Positions 13,803-25,575 of a DNA stretch of 64,000 nucleotides are shown one piece after another. Every line of letters starts with the position of its first letter. Positions within the stretch are counted from its first letter, which is position 1. This DNA is from Ginglymostoma cirratum (taxonomy: Eukaryota): contig JAHRHZ010000041.1 in assembly GCA_024137785.1 (NCBI GenBank), positions 15,292,385 through 15,356,384 of the forward strand, read 5' to 3'. Under the pieces are notes generated by a model that was given only the letters and a program-made list of their open reading frames with translations, was not told the origin of the DNA and ran no database searches. Made by a program: the position numbers and the translations under genes.

Positions 13803-15699
13803 TATTAGTAAACTAGGGTATTGCCGGTAACCTTAAGAACAAACGGTCAACAGTTGAAATATTCCCAATCACCGAAATTCAATTATTCTTACTCAGCAGT
13901 GACATGGATGCCATCAGGGAATACAGGGGGCAAGGTGGTAAAAATCAATCTTGACATAAAAGGCTTCAAACCCTGGTGCAATTCAAAATGGTTAGTTTTG
14001 GTAACACTCTCCTCCAAAAATTACAGCTTCAAGTAATTTTTAGTTGGCTCTTCAATCACTGCTTAGACTGTATATTTTCTGCTCCCATACTGTATCAAAT
14101 AAGCAATTAAACAAATTAAAGCTTTGCAACAGAACAAACAGCTGACATTGTGTTACAAGACTCCAACAGAATCTCTCAATCAGAGCTGGACATGGCTTTA
14201 CTAATCTTCACGAACCTAAGACGGCTGACAATGCATTTTGACCTATGTGCATCAGCTCATAACACCTTCACTTAGAAGTGTAAAGACATATTGCATTCTG
14301 AGTGAGGAAAAAACATTTGTTAGGAAAGTTTGTCGCCTCTGGTCTCTTTAAATAAGACACTGCTAGTAAAAAGACCAAACCGGCCTCAAATTTTTAAAAA
14401 GCTATTTTCTTGGCAATAAAATCCCACAGCTCGGTTCAATTGCAACTGAAACATCCTTTAAAACAGCTTCATTTATTTAGCAGCAAAACAGCAGGCTAAT
14501 TAAAACCAGTCCTTCGACACAAATTGGCCAGCGCTCGGACACTGACTTAGGTGCTTCAGCATGTTAAAAATATCAGAGGAGATAGCTTTATACTACTGCT
14601 TAAATTGGCATGAAGTGGCAAAAAAGGTAGAGTGTTTGCAGTCGTCAATTATTTGCAAATAAAATCAATGAGCAAAACTGCACCTCTGACTAGTTAGGAG
14701 ACAATAAAATGAACCCCGAAATGCTGGCTTCTTTTTAGTTTATTACCATTACCCACTGTTAAATAGTTATTGAGAACAGCAGGTATAAAGCTGGAAAAAA
14801 AACCCGACATATTAGTGTAAAATTTGGATCCATTTTCATGTCTGCTCATTTTTGCCATTAGCTTTCACAGCAAATTGCTGTACAGCAGGAATGCATCTTC
14901 CATGATTAGGTTCCTTATTAAACCACTTTACAACACAATTGAGAACACTGAAGAATTCAATTATTTTTACTGCGCTCAGAATCCACACACTGGGATCTTC
15001 ACCGATTCACACCCGTGGTTTTATAGAAGCTGAGAGTGCAAACTACAGGAGCTGTTGTTCTCTTGCTTTGTACTCGAGGGAATAACCAACTTCTTGCTTA
15101 CCAATCACAGCATTACAAGGTCTCATTTTGTTACCAGGGTGACTCCTGAAGCACACGCAGCCGAAACTACATTCGCATGGATGCAATGAATGTTATTTCA
15201 GCACCCAGGCCAACAGTGCTTCCAGTAAAGGAGGGATCGTTTTTCCACCTCCCCACCCCGTGCAGGGCTGTGATGTGTCAAGAAACATTTCCACAAAGCC
15301 GCAGCCACCACTAGATTGAAAATTCAGCTCATGCCAGCCATGTTTTAACATGTCACCAGCTCCACGATGAATCAGTACAAATGGCTCTGTCAGTGCCCAC
15401 ACTGACACAGGCTCTGACGAAGCAGACTGATTGCACAACTCTCAATCTCAAACTTAGAAAACAAGACAACAATGGGTATGCTTTTAAGTTAGTGCCAAAT
15501 TGGACTCCGATGGTTTTCCTGTAGTAAAAAAAGCAGAACAAAAAAATGTTCACTCCCACAATTTCTTGTGCAGCAAATCCACATTTTCTCCAGACTCAAA
15601 GATTCTCCCCCCCGACACGAAAGAGTGGGGTGGAGGAACCAGACCAGTTTCTTGATATAGCTTCATTTCTCATTTCAGTCTTCAGATCACTGCATCTTT

Positions 15700-16270
15700 G
15701 CACACGATCACCAGTTGAATTTCATTTTATTGTCTCCAGGGAGAAAACTTTTACAACAGGAAGTATTTGCAATTTGTCAGATTTTTTCCTGAAGCATCTA
15801 GAGAAGCTCCAGCCAGCAAGAGATCCTATAGTTTTCCATATTTCTTTGCACTCAAAGACTCAACTAATGCAACGTGATGCTGTGGGGTTAAGTAGTATAT
15901 TGTGTCCTGGGTTCTTTAACGAGAGACCGTGAGCAAGAGGTACCGAGCTGTCTACATAACACAGACACAGGCTACCTGTATGACAATCTATTTCATTGAA
16001 TTTGTCTTTGCCAAGGACATATTTATGGAGTTACTACATTGGAATAGTCACTGTTTAGTAGTTAATGAAGTTTTACATTCAAGTGGTCATTCCATTTTCT
16101 TCTGTTTGTATGAATACACTTTACTTAAAATATAGAGTGCGTTTTGCTTCAAGACTGGCAACTTGATTGGTTAAACTATATCAAGAAAACTGCCTCACAA
16201 TCAGCTTTAAAAGTAAGAAAAAAAGTTAGGGTCTAGGCTATCTTAATATAATTAAGGGGTTTGGTCCTTA
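15700..16270 (+). repeat. Possible solo-LTR-like repeat
   Basis: T-rich block against an A-rich background, ending aaagttagggtctaggctatct...ggtttggtcc, which resembles shark LTR-like ends from memory; 5' boundary uncertain. Confidence 0.3.
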
Positions 16271-16590
16271 TGATCTTATTGAAATGTGCAAGGTCATGAG
16301 GAGGCTTGAAAAGAAGCTTCGATTAAAAAGGGAATCTTAAACCAGGCCACAGTTACTTAATAAGGGGACACTCATTTAAGGACATGATAGGAAGAAATTT
16401 CTCTTCAGAGTACATAATGTCTTAAAATGTGTATCCTAATGAGTTACGGAAGCTCGGTCACCGAAGGAATTTAAAAAGGTGTTTGATAGATTTGTGAAAC
16501 AGAGGAGTTAGGGTCATACTGAATGATCACAAAAACAGAGGTGGAGCCTGGGGCAGATCAATGATCTTACTGAATGGCAGGGCTGGCCTG
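16271..16590 (+). mobile_element. CR1 LINE 3' fragment
   Basis: gatcttattgaaatgtgcaaggtcatgagg (DLIE..K.MR), aggaagaaatttctcttcagag, gatcaatgatcttactgaatggcagggc. Confidence 0.65.
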
Positions 16591-18029
16591 GCCCGTCAGA
16601 TGAAGACCAGAGATGAAAGAAGCATTTCAACTCCACATACCATCCTGATTACTGCCCTCTCAGGACACAGAACTCTAGTCAGCAATCCATTTCAATCTTC
16701 ATCCTGAAGCTATTTCTGCTGCTGCAATTACAACCTTATCAAACACAAGAGGTTAATAAACCTGACTTACTCAAATGCAAGATAAGCAGGGTTTTTAAGC
16801 TTAAAATTAAGTGTGACAGGAAGACATGCGTAGTCTGAAGTTTTAATAAATAAAGAGGGGGAAAAAAAAGTTATGGTAAAAGGTTAATGGGCAGGAAAGA
16901 TTAGCTGAGGCAATTTGGATACTAACTGCAAAATGTCCTGGCTACTGGTTAATGCCACAACTTACAGGGAGTGTGGAGGGAAAACAAACTGGCTTCCTTC
17001 AAGACATCATTGTCCCCTTGCAGCAGTCCCAAAAAAAAAATTCTGCCAGTATTGTTCACATCCACAAGGTGTTCCGGTTACCCAGGAGCTTGGTGGTTGT
17101 CGCCAGACTGATGGTCTTGTCATCCACAACAGGTCACAACTCCAGACACCAAATCAGCAACATGCTGCTACGTGATTCTCACTGTGTACAAACCTTAGCC
17201 GCAGTCTGTCTGCCAACAGCAGCGCCCCCACCACCCCCACTGCTTGAATGATGCAGCAGTGTAAACATGACTTACAATGAGTTTCAGTAACTTGCTTTAA
17301 AAGAGTGCAACAATTCCTTCCTCAATCCTTTGCTGTAAAACAGTCCTTTCTCCATCTCAGTTCAACATAAACTGAAAAATAAAACAGATACAGACTTTAT
17401 ACAGGCTGACACATTAAGAATTTTTTCCATTTTGAACCAACACTCAGGCAACCAGTAAGCTCCCAACACATTGTCTGGATTGTAGGCTGTGGATTGGTGA
17501 GAGGCTGTAGTGTAGAGGAAATGGGTAAAACAGAGGCCAGGCACCAAGCAATCGCATATAGCCGCTCCCAATTTCTCCAAAACAATTTTAACATTAAATG
17601 TAAGTGAAACTAGACTTCAAATTGATGGACATTATAAACCAATTAATACTTTTTACGATATTATGAAATTTTCCAAAATATCAGCATATGTGAGGTTATG
17701 ATTTAGTCCGTGTGCCTTGTCAATGCAAAAAAGCTTCAGCACCCCTGTTGTAAAGAAACAAGGCATTGGTTCAGTGTAGGATAAAAGATCAGCTCTGCCT
17801 AGATGCTTAAGCATGAGAAGATACAGATTGCTTTTGCTAAGTGCCAATAAAACAGAAAAAGAGGGACAGCATTCATACTGATGTTGTTGAATTAGGTACT
17901 GTCCCTCAAAACTGCACTGAGTTTCCTACCAATAGGCGGAGGACAAAAATGAGGTGAGAGTGAGAACAAGACGCGATTGACAATGGTAAGCAACTGAAAA
18001 AAGGTTCAGCTCATACTTTCAGGATAAAC

Positions 18030-18232
18030 AGAGATGCTTCACACGCCAGTGACCAATCTATGTTTGGTTTTCCCAATGCAGTGAATACCCTATTGTGAAC
18101 AGCAAATAAAATTGAAGCAGCATAAGTAAATCGCTGTTGTCACCCGGAAAAAAAAAAGTGTGTTTTGGGCATTGGACAGTGAGGAGAAGGGGCTGAAAAG
18201 GTAGAGTGTTATACCTCCCTCAACTACACAAG
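18030..18232 (-). mobile_element. Highly decayed PLE endonuclease-region fragment, left part
   Basis: aatctatgtttggttttcccaatgcag...aagtaaatcgctgttgtcacccggaa...tttgggcattgga parallels 42518-42640 of the Neptune-like copy. Confidence 0.5.
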
Positions 18233-18236
18233 CCGC

Positions 18237-18685
18237 TTGACACCATCCAGGACAAAGCAGCACCCCCCTTGATTAGCATCACATCCACAAGGATCCACTC
18301 CCTCCACCACTGACAAGCAGTAGCAGTGTGTACTGTTTACAAGATGCACTGCAGAAATTCAAAGACCCTCACACAGCACCTTCTAAATCCTAAACTACTC
18401 CCATCTAGAAGGATGAGGGCAGCAGATACAGGGGAACACCCCTTGCAAGTTCCTCTTCAAGCCAGTCACCAACCAGACTTGGAAATACACTGCCATTCCT
18501 TCACTGTCGTTGGGTCAAAATCCTGGAAATCCTTCCTCAAAAGGCATTGTGGGTTAACCCACAGCAGGAGGACTGCAGCGGTTCAAGGAGGCAGCTCACC
18601 ACCACCTTCTCAAGGGCAATTAGGGACAGGCAATAAATGCAGGCTCAGTCAGTGACACCCATGTCCGACAAATGAATAGAAAAAC
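18237..18685 (+). mobile_element. CR1/L2-group LINE 3' end inserted into the PLE relic
   Basis: Translates LDTIQDKAA...HSLHH....AVCTVYKMHC and GSKSWKS; ends gggcaattagggacaggcaataaatgc...gaatagaaaaa. Confidence 0.8.
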
Positions 18686-18855
18686 TGCACATGAGCCTGA
18701 GGTCTCGTGGCTGATTGAGGGTGGACCAGAGTATCAGAGGGAACTGTACCTTTGGCTTCCTGATAGGGGAGGGGAAGATAGTCCTGGTGGAGGCATTGTG
18801 CTGAAGATGGTAAAAATGGTGGAATATGATCATTTGAGTGGAGAGATTAGTGACA
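18686..18855 (-). mobile_element. Continuation of the decayed PLE fragment
   Basis: gtggaccagagtatcagagggaactgtacc...ggggaggggaagat..tggtggaggcat resembles the PLE RT-EN linker region in reverse. Confidence 0.4.
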
Positions 18856-20971
18856 TGACAAATGAGCACAGGGCTTTGAATGTAGGGGTTACCTTACGAG
18901 CCCGATCAAAACCTATTCATGTCACCAGGCCCCCATTTAAACAATAACTAGAACGGATGGCAGGAGCACCCCGGATTCCCAGCCAAAGGGTCTGGGGATG
19001 CTGGTGGCCAGAATGCTGGTTATAAATGAAGCAATAAGTGACCAGGTGGTATTTGGGGGCCACACACATGCCATCTGCATCAGGTGACAACAGTTTTAAA
19101 AATGTCAAGTTAGAGAAATGATAAAGTGAATGAAAATGTTGGATATATTTCAAGTCACCATGACTAGGTTCCATGATTAAACACACTTGAAAAGAAAAAA
19201 AATTCATCTAGATGTTTTTCTTAAATGTGAACAAGGTTTACAAGACAAGACAGATTTTCACAGCAACTAATTTGAAAGGTTCCAGAAAGCTCCCAGGTGA
19301 GAAGAGACCAAGTTGGGAACAAGGAAGTATGAAACATTGCAGTCTCAGTCTCAGTCTCAAAGCAGTTATTTATCAAGCGCAGAAACAAAATTCAAAAACC
19401 TGCTCTACATACAATCCAAAGGAGACAGAAATCGGATGTCTTCGATACCTGAACCGAAAGGAAAACAAAGACACCCCCCTTCTGTCCTTGTGCCCCTACA
19501 AGGCTGAACCAGGTTCTGAAAAGGAAGCTTCAAGATGCCAAGTTGCCATTCATCAGTACAAACATTGGGGAGGTCAGTAAGTCAGTTTGAGCTAGGGAGA
19601 AGCAGGTCAGCTAAACTGGTTAATGAGACAGCTCAAGGTGCTGAAACATGGTTTTATTAAAACTCTCACACTGACGGGGTTAGTAATGCCTTCAAACCAG
19701 CTTTCCCAAGTCAGGAAAGAAATTTAACCTTGAAATACAGTATATGCGAGTGCACACATAGATATCTGCATTCTTTGGCATGGGAAAGGAACTGGGATCA
19801 GGGTTGGATGGTGCAGCTACAATGCAAGATAGCCCTCAGACTCTTTCAGACCTGGGGCAGGCATTTGATGAAAATGTTTTAAAAAAAGTGGAAAGCACTC
19901 TTTCAGTCATCCAAATCAAAACATCAGAAATCAGCTTTTGGTTCAGGCTGGAGTTGGTGGACACAATACCATTTGCTGTTTCTGGCAAAAAAAAGGGTTA
20001 ATGCCTCAATAGACTTGGCTTGGTGGTTATGGAGTTAATGTGTACACGTACTAATTTGAGTGTTGTTGTTTCAATGCTGACACAGTGTAACGGAGTAGAA
20101 TTTCCTCATCTTCCAGAAAGTGAGGCAACACAGCTGGAGAACCGAGCCAGACACATGGCACAGCAGGTTTGCTAAACATTACAAGTGAAAGCCGCTGCAA
20201 CGTGGCCTCCTGTTGAATACAGACCATCATGTGCTTTTGTTCAATGGGCTGCACGTAACTGAAGTGAGCAACTCCTTGTAAAAAAAAAAGGTAACGAAGC
20301 AGTTCTGATTTAAAATTAACCCCTTACTGCTTTCCTCAGTTCTGTCGCAATATACGAGTTTTTTTAAAAAAAAGTCACAAATAAGAACACAAATCAAAGC
20401 CCAGTTTAAACTGATGCAACACAACAACAGTTTATCCTGTCGACAATTTTGTTGAGGAGCAGATGGTTCAAAAACAGAGATTCATTCTAAGCGAAGATAA
20501 TGGCCAGCTTCTTAATACTGTAACAATTATTCAAATGCTTTCAACTTCAATGGTTGATCCAAGGGCTTACCATCAGACTCTGTGGTTTCAATCACAGCTT
20601 TTGAGGGAAAGAGACTTGAACCAGAGAATCCCTACGGTGCAGGAAGAAGCCATTCAGCCCACCCAGTTTGCACCAACCCTCCAAAGAGCATCTCACCCAG
20701 ATCCATTTGCCACCCTATGCTAGTAACCTGCGTTTTCCCTTTATTCCTTCGTAGGGTGAAGGCATCACTGGTCAGACAGCATTTATTGCCCATCCCTAAA
20801 ATTGCCCTGACTGCGGTTGAGAGTCAACCACATTGCTGTGGGTCTGGAGTCACATAGGCCAGACTAGGTAAGAATAGCAGAGATAGCAAGCATGGGGCTG
20901 GATGAACACAGCAGGTCAAGCAGCATCATAGGAGCAGGAAAACTTGACGTTTCGGGCCTAAACCCTTCATC

Positions 20972-21371
20972 NNNNNNNNNNNNNNNNNNNNNNNNNNNNN
21001 NNNNNNNNNNNNNNNNNNNNNNNNNNNNNNNNNNNNNNNNNNNNNNNNNNNNNNNNNNNNNNNNNNNNNNNNNNNNNNNNNNNNNNNNNNNNNNNNNNNN
21101 NNNNNNNNNNNNNNNNNNNNNNNNNNNNNNNNNNNNNNNNNNNNNNNNNNNNNNNNNNNNNNNNNNNNNNNNNNNNNNNNNNNNNNNNNNNNNNNNNNNN
21201 NNNNNNNNNNNNNNNNNNNNNNNNNNNNNNNNNNNNNNNNNNNNNNNNNNNNNNNNNNNNNNNNNNNNNNNNNNNNNNNNNNNNNNNNNNNNNNNNNNNN
21301 NNNNNNNNNNNNNNNNNNNNNNNNNNNNNNNNNNNNNNNNNNNNNNNNNNNNNNNNNNNNNNNNNNNNNNN
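20972..21371. other. 400-N assembly gap, probably spurious
   Basis: The 17 nt after the gap (ggcctaaacccttcatc) repeat the 17 nt before it. Confidence 0.85.
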
Positions 21372-21387
21372 GGCCTAAACCCTTCAT

Positions 21388-21415
21388 CTGATGAAGGGTT
21401 TAGGCCCGAAACGTC
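21388..21415 (+). ncRNA. Minimal type I hammerhead ribozyme motif, core intact
   Basis: CTGATGA-A-GGG(TTTAGG)CCC-GAAA-CGTC: conserved core boxes, stem II, loopless palindromic helix III (ACGT) and a GUC cleavage triplet. Confidence 0.75.
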
Positions 21416-22417
21416 AAGTTTTCCTGCTCCTATGATGCTGCTTGACCTGCTGTGTTCATCCAGCCCCATGCTTGCTATCTCGGATTCTCCAGCATCTGCA
21501 GTACCTTTTATCTCTTAGGTAAGAATAGCAGTTTCCTTCCCTAAAAAGGGCAGTAGTGAACCAGATAGGTTATTCTAACAAATGACAATTGCTTCACAGT
21601 CACCATTAGACTCTAATCCCAGATATTTATTGAATTCGAATTCCAACATCTGCTGTGGAGAGATTTGAACCTGGGTCCCCGGAACTTAGCTGGGTTTCTG
21701 GATCAACAGTCCAGCAATAATTCCACTAGGCCATCACCTCCCCATGGCTACACATCCTTGGATAATACAGGGAAATTTAACTTGACCAATCCATTTAACC
21801 TACACTTCTGAACGGTGGGAGGAAACCCACGTAGACAGACACAGAGAACGTGCCAACTCCACACAGTCAAACAAAACTAGAACAGAACCTGGGTCCCTGG
21901 TGCTGAGACACAGCAGTGTTAATCAGCGAGCCACCCTTTGGAATAGAACCTGCAGAGAACTCCTAAAGACATGAAGATTGCTAATCCCCGCACAGGGTGG
22001 GATACATCAGGTCCCAATAAACAGGACATGGGGCAATAAAAGGGTTTGTTCCCAACCTCCCCAAAAATCAAAAAAAAAAACTTCCAACTTCCCAAAACCT
22101 ATTACATTTTTGATTTTTCTAAACTCAGACAATAAGCTACAAACCTGAAAAGACTGCTTTTCTCTCTAGTCGGGCTGCCTGACTCAATGAACTTCTTCAG
22201 TCTTTCAAATCTATGGGATATTTTGATTCTGTTGAGAGTTACACCATTTCATTGAAAGAAAAAGGGTTTCCACTGAGGTACAGGATGAAACAAAATTCAT
22301 TGGAAAATATAAAGTTCCTCTACTTAGCAGGGTACAAATAATTTAAAATTGGAGATTTCAAGGCAAGGGCACGCAAAATGTATTATTACCTTCACTCACA
22401 CAATGACCTCAAACATT

Positions 22418-22449
22418 GAGCAGGAGCAGCAGCAGGAGGAGCAGGAGCA
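22418..22449. repeat. Degenerate (GCAGGA/GCA)n microsatellite followed by a purine tract
   Basis: gagcaggagcagcagcaggaggagcaggagca. Confidence 0.8.
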
Positions 22450-23055
22450 AAAGGAAAAGAGAGAAAGAGAAAAAAAATTAGGGACCCATAAGAAAAAGTA
22501 ACATTCCTCTCATGATAGCAAAAAATAGTATTCCTCAGAAAACTCAAGCAGAACTGAACCGAACTAGTCTAAGCACACCGTCTCTCACATGCTCTTCCCA
22601 CATCACCTCCCGAAATCTGCAACTATTTCACTGGCATGCAAACACTCAATCCAAGAATGACAGGAGGTCTTGCTGAGAAGACCTGATCAATTCTTCTACA
22701 CTCAACATGTAGTCGCTTTCAGGCAAAAGTTGTTGGCATACACCCACCTGGCACACAATCCAATCCGTTTACTCTTCACTTGGGTCGCAGAGCCCAAAAC
22801 TTCTAAATAGGCACAGCTCTCCTGGGTCAGCAACTAATTTATTTTTTCATTTCCTGCCTGCTCTTCCCTTCCTCCCTTCCAATGTCAAACGATCCCCTTG
22901 ATGACACTGCAGCAAATTCCACAATAAGCGAGGGGTAAACAGGATCACTGACTAATATTGCTTCAAACACATCCATACCTCAGGTGATTGAGACTTTAAT
23001 TCTCATACCCAAAGGCCAAGGAAAGATGGTTGACTAGAGGTAGTCTTGTTTGTCT

Positions 23056-23120
23056 TAGAGTCAGGAGATATACACCACAGAAACACACCCTTCGTCCAAC
23101 TTGTCCATGCCAACCAGATA
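23056..23120 (-). mobile_element. CR1 3' tail fragment
   Basis: agagtcaggagatatacaccacagaaacacacccttcgtccaacttgtccatgc, homologous to 10835-10900. Confidence 0.6.
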
Positions 23121-23459
23121 TCAAAATAGTGATGCTTTAGAAACAAAAGAACTTAAAAGCTTTTCAAACAGAAATACTATCAGAAAATAGTTTGGAATTC
23201 CAAGTAAAACAATGAAATGGAAATCACATTTCACAGTGAAGTTAGATTGAGAGGAAATATAATTGATTTTCCCAATAGGTAGAGATTCCACACTTTTTTG
23301 AAAGCAACGCTGAGATTTTGCAAAACATATTTTCATCAAAGTCTATGCATACAAACTGTAATTGGACATAACACTTATCTATAGCTAGAAGATTATGCAA
23401 CGCCAGACCAAGTGAAAAGACAAAATTGAGATTGTAGCACCAATAAATCAAACTCATGG

Positions 23460-23605
23460 TAAGCAGGAGGCTGAAAAAGGTTACCAGATGTAGACAGGAA
23501 TGTAGACTGGAGGTTATAATAAAAATCGAGACAGCCGTATTCTTATTAAAAACAGAAGCAGACGAACAAGGGACTGAATGTCATTTTCCTGATCCACATT
23601 TATGG
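23460..23605 (+). mobile_element. CR1 3' UTR fragment
   Basis: acagccgtattcttattaaaacagaagcagac...gggactgaatg, a decayed CR1 tail. Confidence 0.4.
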
Positions 23606-25414
23606 AAGGAGGTGGTGGCAAGTTTTATTCTAGTCTTTAGCTGGTAGGCAGGGCACAGATCACAACAGTTGTACCATAACTTTCCAACATCAGAGTTCAA
23701 TCCTGCTTCATCAAGGACATGAGAGGGTTAAGCAGCAATGACAAAAGAAACCCAGCAAACCACCCCCACACGAACACACCACTGGGAACAGAAACCAACA
23801 TTGTAAACTACAGGGTTTTGGAGGTTAAGCCAGACGAGCTGTGCTCAGAGGCTAGGGTCTCAAAACCTCTCATTTAGATTAACACCATGCAACTCAGATT
23901 TATTTATTTGCAGGGAGGAAAAATTAAAATCTGCATTCCCATGGCAACCATGGGCCTCAATAAAATGTCAAGCTACATCTTGGCCACCTCTTTTGTACAT
24001 GACACCCAAATTCCCTAATGTAATAACACTCCTGACAAGTCCCAATGCCTGCCTCGTGTAACATCAAAGACATAGTGATCAATCATTCCAGGCTCTAGAG
24101 ATGGCATACGGAGGTAAAAACCTGCATCCTAAATTAGAAGAACTTATTACCTGGGAAAGCAATCCGTCAAGGCAGCGTATCTAAGAAATAACTCCATCTG
24201 CTGCCCATAAACACATTTCTCAGGATAAGTCCTGCTGTCAGACAGCAGGTTTAAAAAAAGGTTATTTCATCTTTTGCCAACCCCAAGTAATCAAAATGTG
24301 AATTATCCCAACTGGTCTAATTTTCTTTTCCTGTCTTTTGATCTACACCCTTTCTTCTATTTCTTTACAGATACGCAGTATTGCTGCACGGCCATGATTA
24401 GACACACAAGATAGCTGACATGGCTCATTTGTACACTCTGCAAGCTCCCAATCAATTCTGATTAACTGCTCATTTGAACTAGCCAACGTGTGAGATGTTG
24501 ATCGGTGAAACTTCAAATGCAGTCAGAGCTCATGAAGCATTGGTGTGTATTTCGTGTTGTATGGAAATAGGCTACAGAGTCTTGTTAAAAAGGTGGTGTT
24601 CAGTTAAACTGGGCAGATCAGTTGAATTCTCAGTGCCCTCACTGGCTAAAGTGGCTTCTCCAGGAATAAAAATAGGAATAATCAGCAAACCTGAACTCAG
24701 AGGTGAGCAAAGATCAGTCCACGAAAGGAGGGAGGCTGACGATAGGCACTATCTTCCTAGGAATGAATAATTCAATTAATTTTCCGTCAGTAGTTCCCAT
24801 GATCCAATAAAATCTTTGACTTGCTACATCAGTGGATAATGAAGCTACACATGCTTTCCAGAGATTAGGTATTGAACCATTTGTATACGGCGTCATCGAC
24901 TAAAATCATTCATTGTCTGGCTTACTCTTACCTCAAAATAGCCACACTTTACAGCAGCCTAACTAAGCTAATAATTTGAAACCTTCTGTTTAAAAGAAAT
25001 CTAAGGGAATAATTTCCAGTGGCTGACACAGCCACGTTGATATCAGAAAAAAGGTGCTTTTTGTTTTAATGAGCTTGTGAATATAAATATTGATGAAGTG
25101 TAGACAGTTGCCATCATACAGAATTCTTACTATTGCGAACCAAAACAGACAAAAGTATTGTTAGTCGACAGTAGATGATTAAATATTGTTTTAAAAACAT
25201 CAAAACAGAATTTGTTGCAGCGAACACATTTCAAGACACTAGAACTGCCAACTCTCTCCATAGGAACTCCAAAATTGTAGTAACTCACTGGCAAATTGTT
25301 TCTGCCAGCCCGTCTGAATTTGTTCTTTTCCTCTACATGACAATCAGCATAACCTTCATCCATTTTATGATCAAGCAGCAAAGAACAGCATACATGTTCA
25401 GAAGTTAAACAAAC

Positions 25415-25575
25415 AAAAACCAGCAGAAAATGCTGGAAATACACAGACCAGTCAGCATCTGAAGACGGAGCACAGAAGTCAATAAAGCTGGGTATGGATC
25501 CATCTACTAACGTGAGATACACGAGTTGGACAGGCCTGGCCTGTGTATCCAGCATTCTCCACTTTTTGCTTGGCT
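25415..25575. mobile_element. Old PLE pseudo-LTR remnants in inverted arrangement
   Basis: agaaaatgctggaaatacacagaccagtcagcatctg faces ctggcctgtgtatccagcattctcc. Confidence 0.45.

Larger units (their letters stand above)
20881..21515 (+). mobile_element. Fold-back PLE pseudo-LTR insertion with 16-bp TSD
   Basis: TSD taggtaagaatagcag at 20865-20880 and 21516-21531; identical 92-bp inverted arms 20880-20971 and 21390-21481; unpaired 34-nt tail 21482-21515. Confidence 0.9.
20740..21743 (-). mobile_element. tRNA-derived SINE inserted in the HE1 copy and itself interrupted at 20881-21515
   Basis: Colinear with the uninterrupted copy at 63157-63450; head ends ccactaggccatcacctcccc. Confidence 0.8.
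20612..21935 (-). mobile_element. HE1/V-SINE split by later insertions (tail 20612-20739, head and core 21744-21935)
   Basis: The reverse complement of both halves matches 56674-57050; the halves join as ...gtaacctgcgttttccc|atggctac... Confidence 0.8.

Noticed and set aside
17065-17135. Minus-strand VVDDKTISLATTTKLLG, similar to a LINE RT KLLG motif
   Set aside because: A single short motif with no flanking support.
20864-21518. The longest ORFs (201, 208 and 153 aa)
   Set aside because: They are open only because they run through Ns; the flanking peptides are translated PLE pseudo-LTR.
24231-24249. Palindrome cctgctgtc-a-gacagcagg and nearby splice-like sites (24150 -, 24370 +)
   Set aside because: A 9-bp arm can arise by chance in 64 kb, and the candidate exons give no recognisable peptide.
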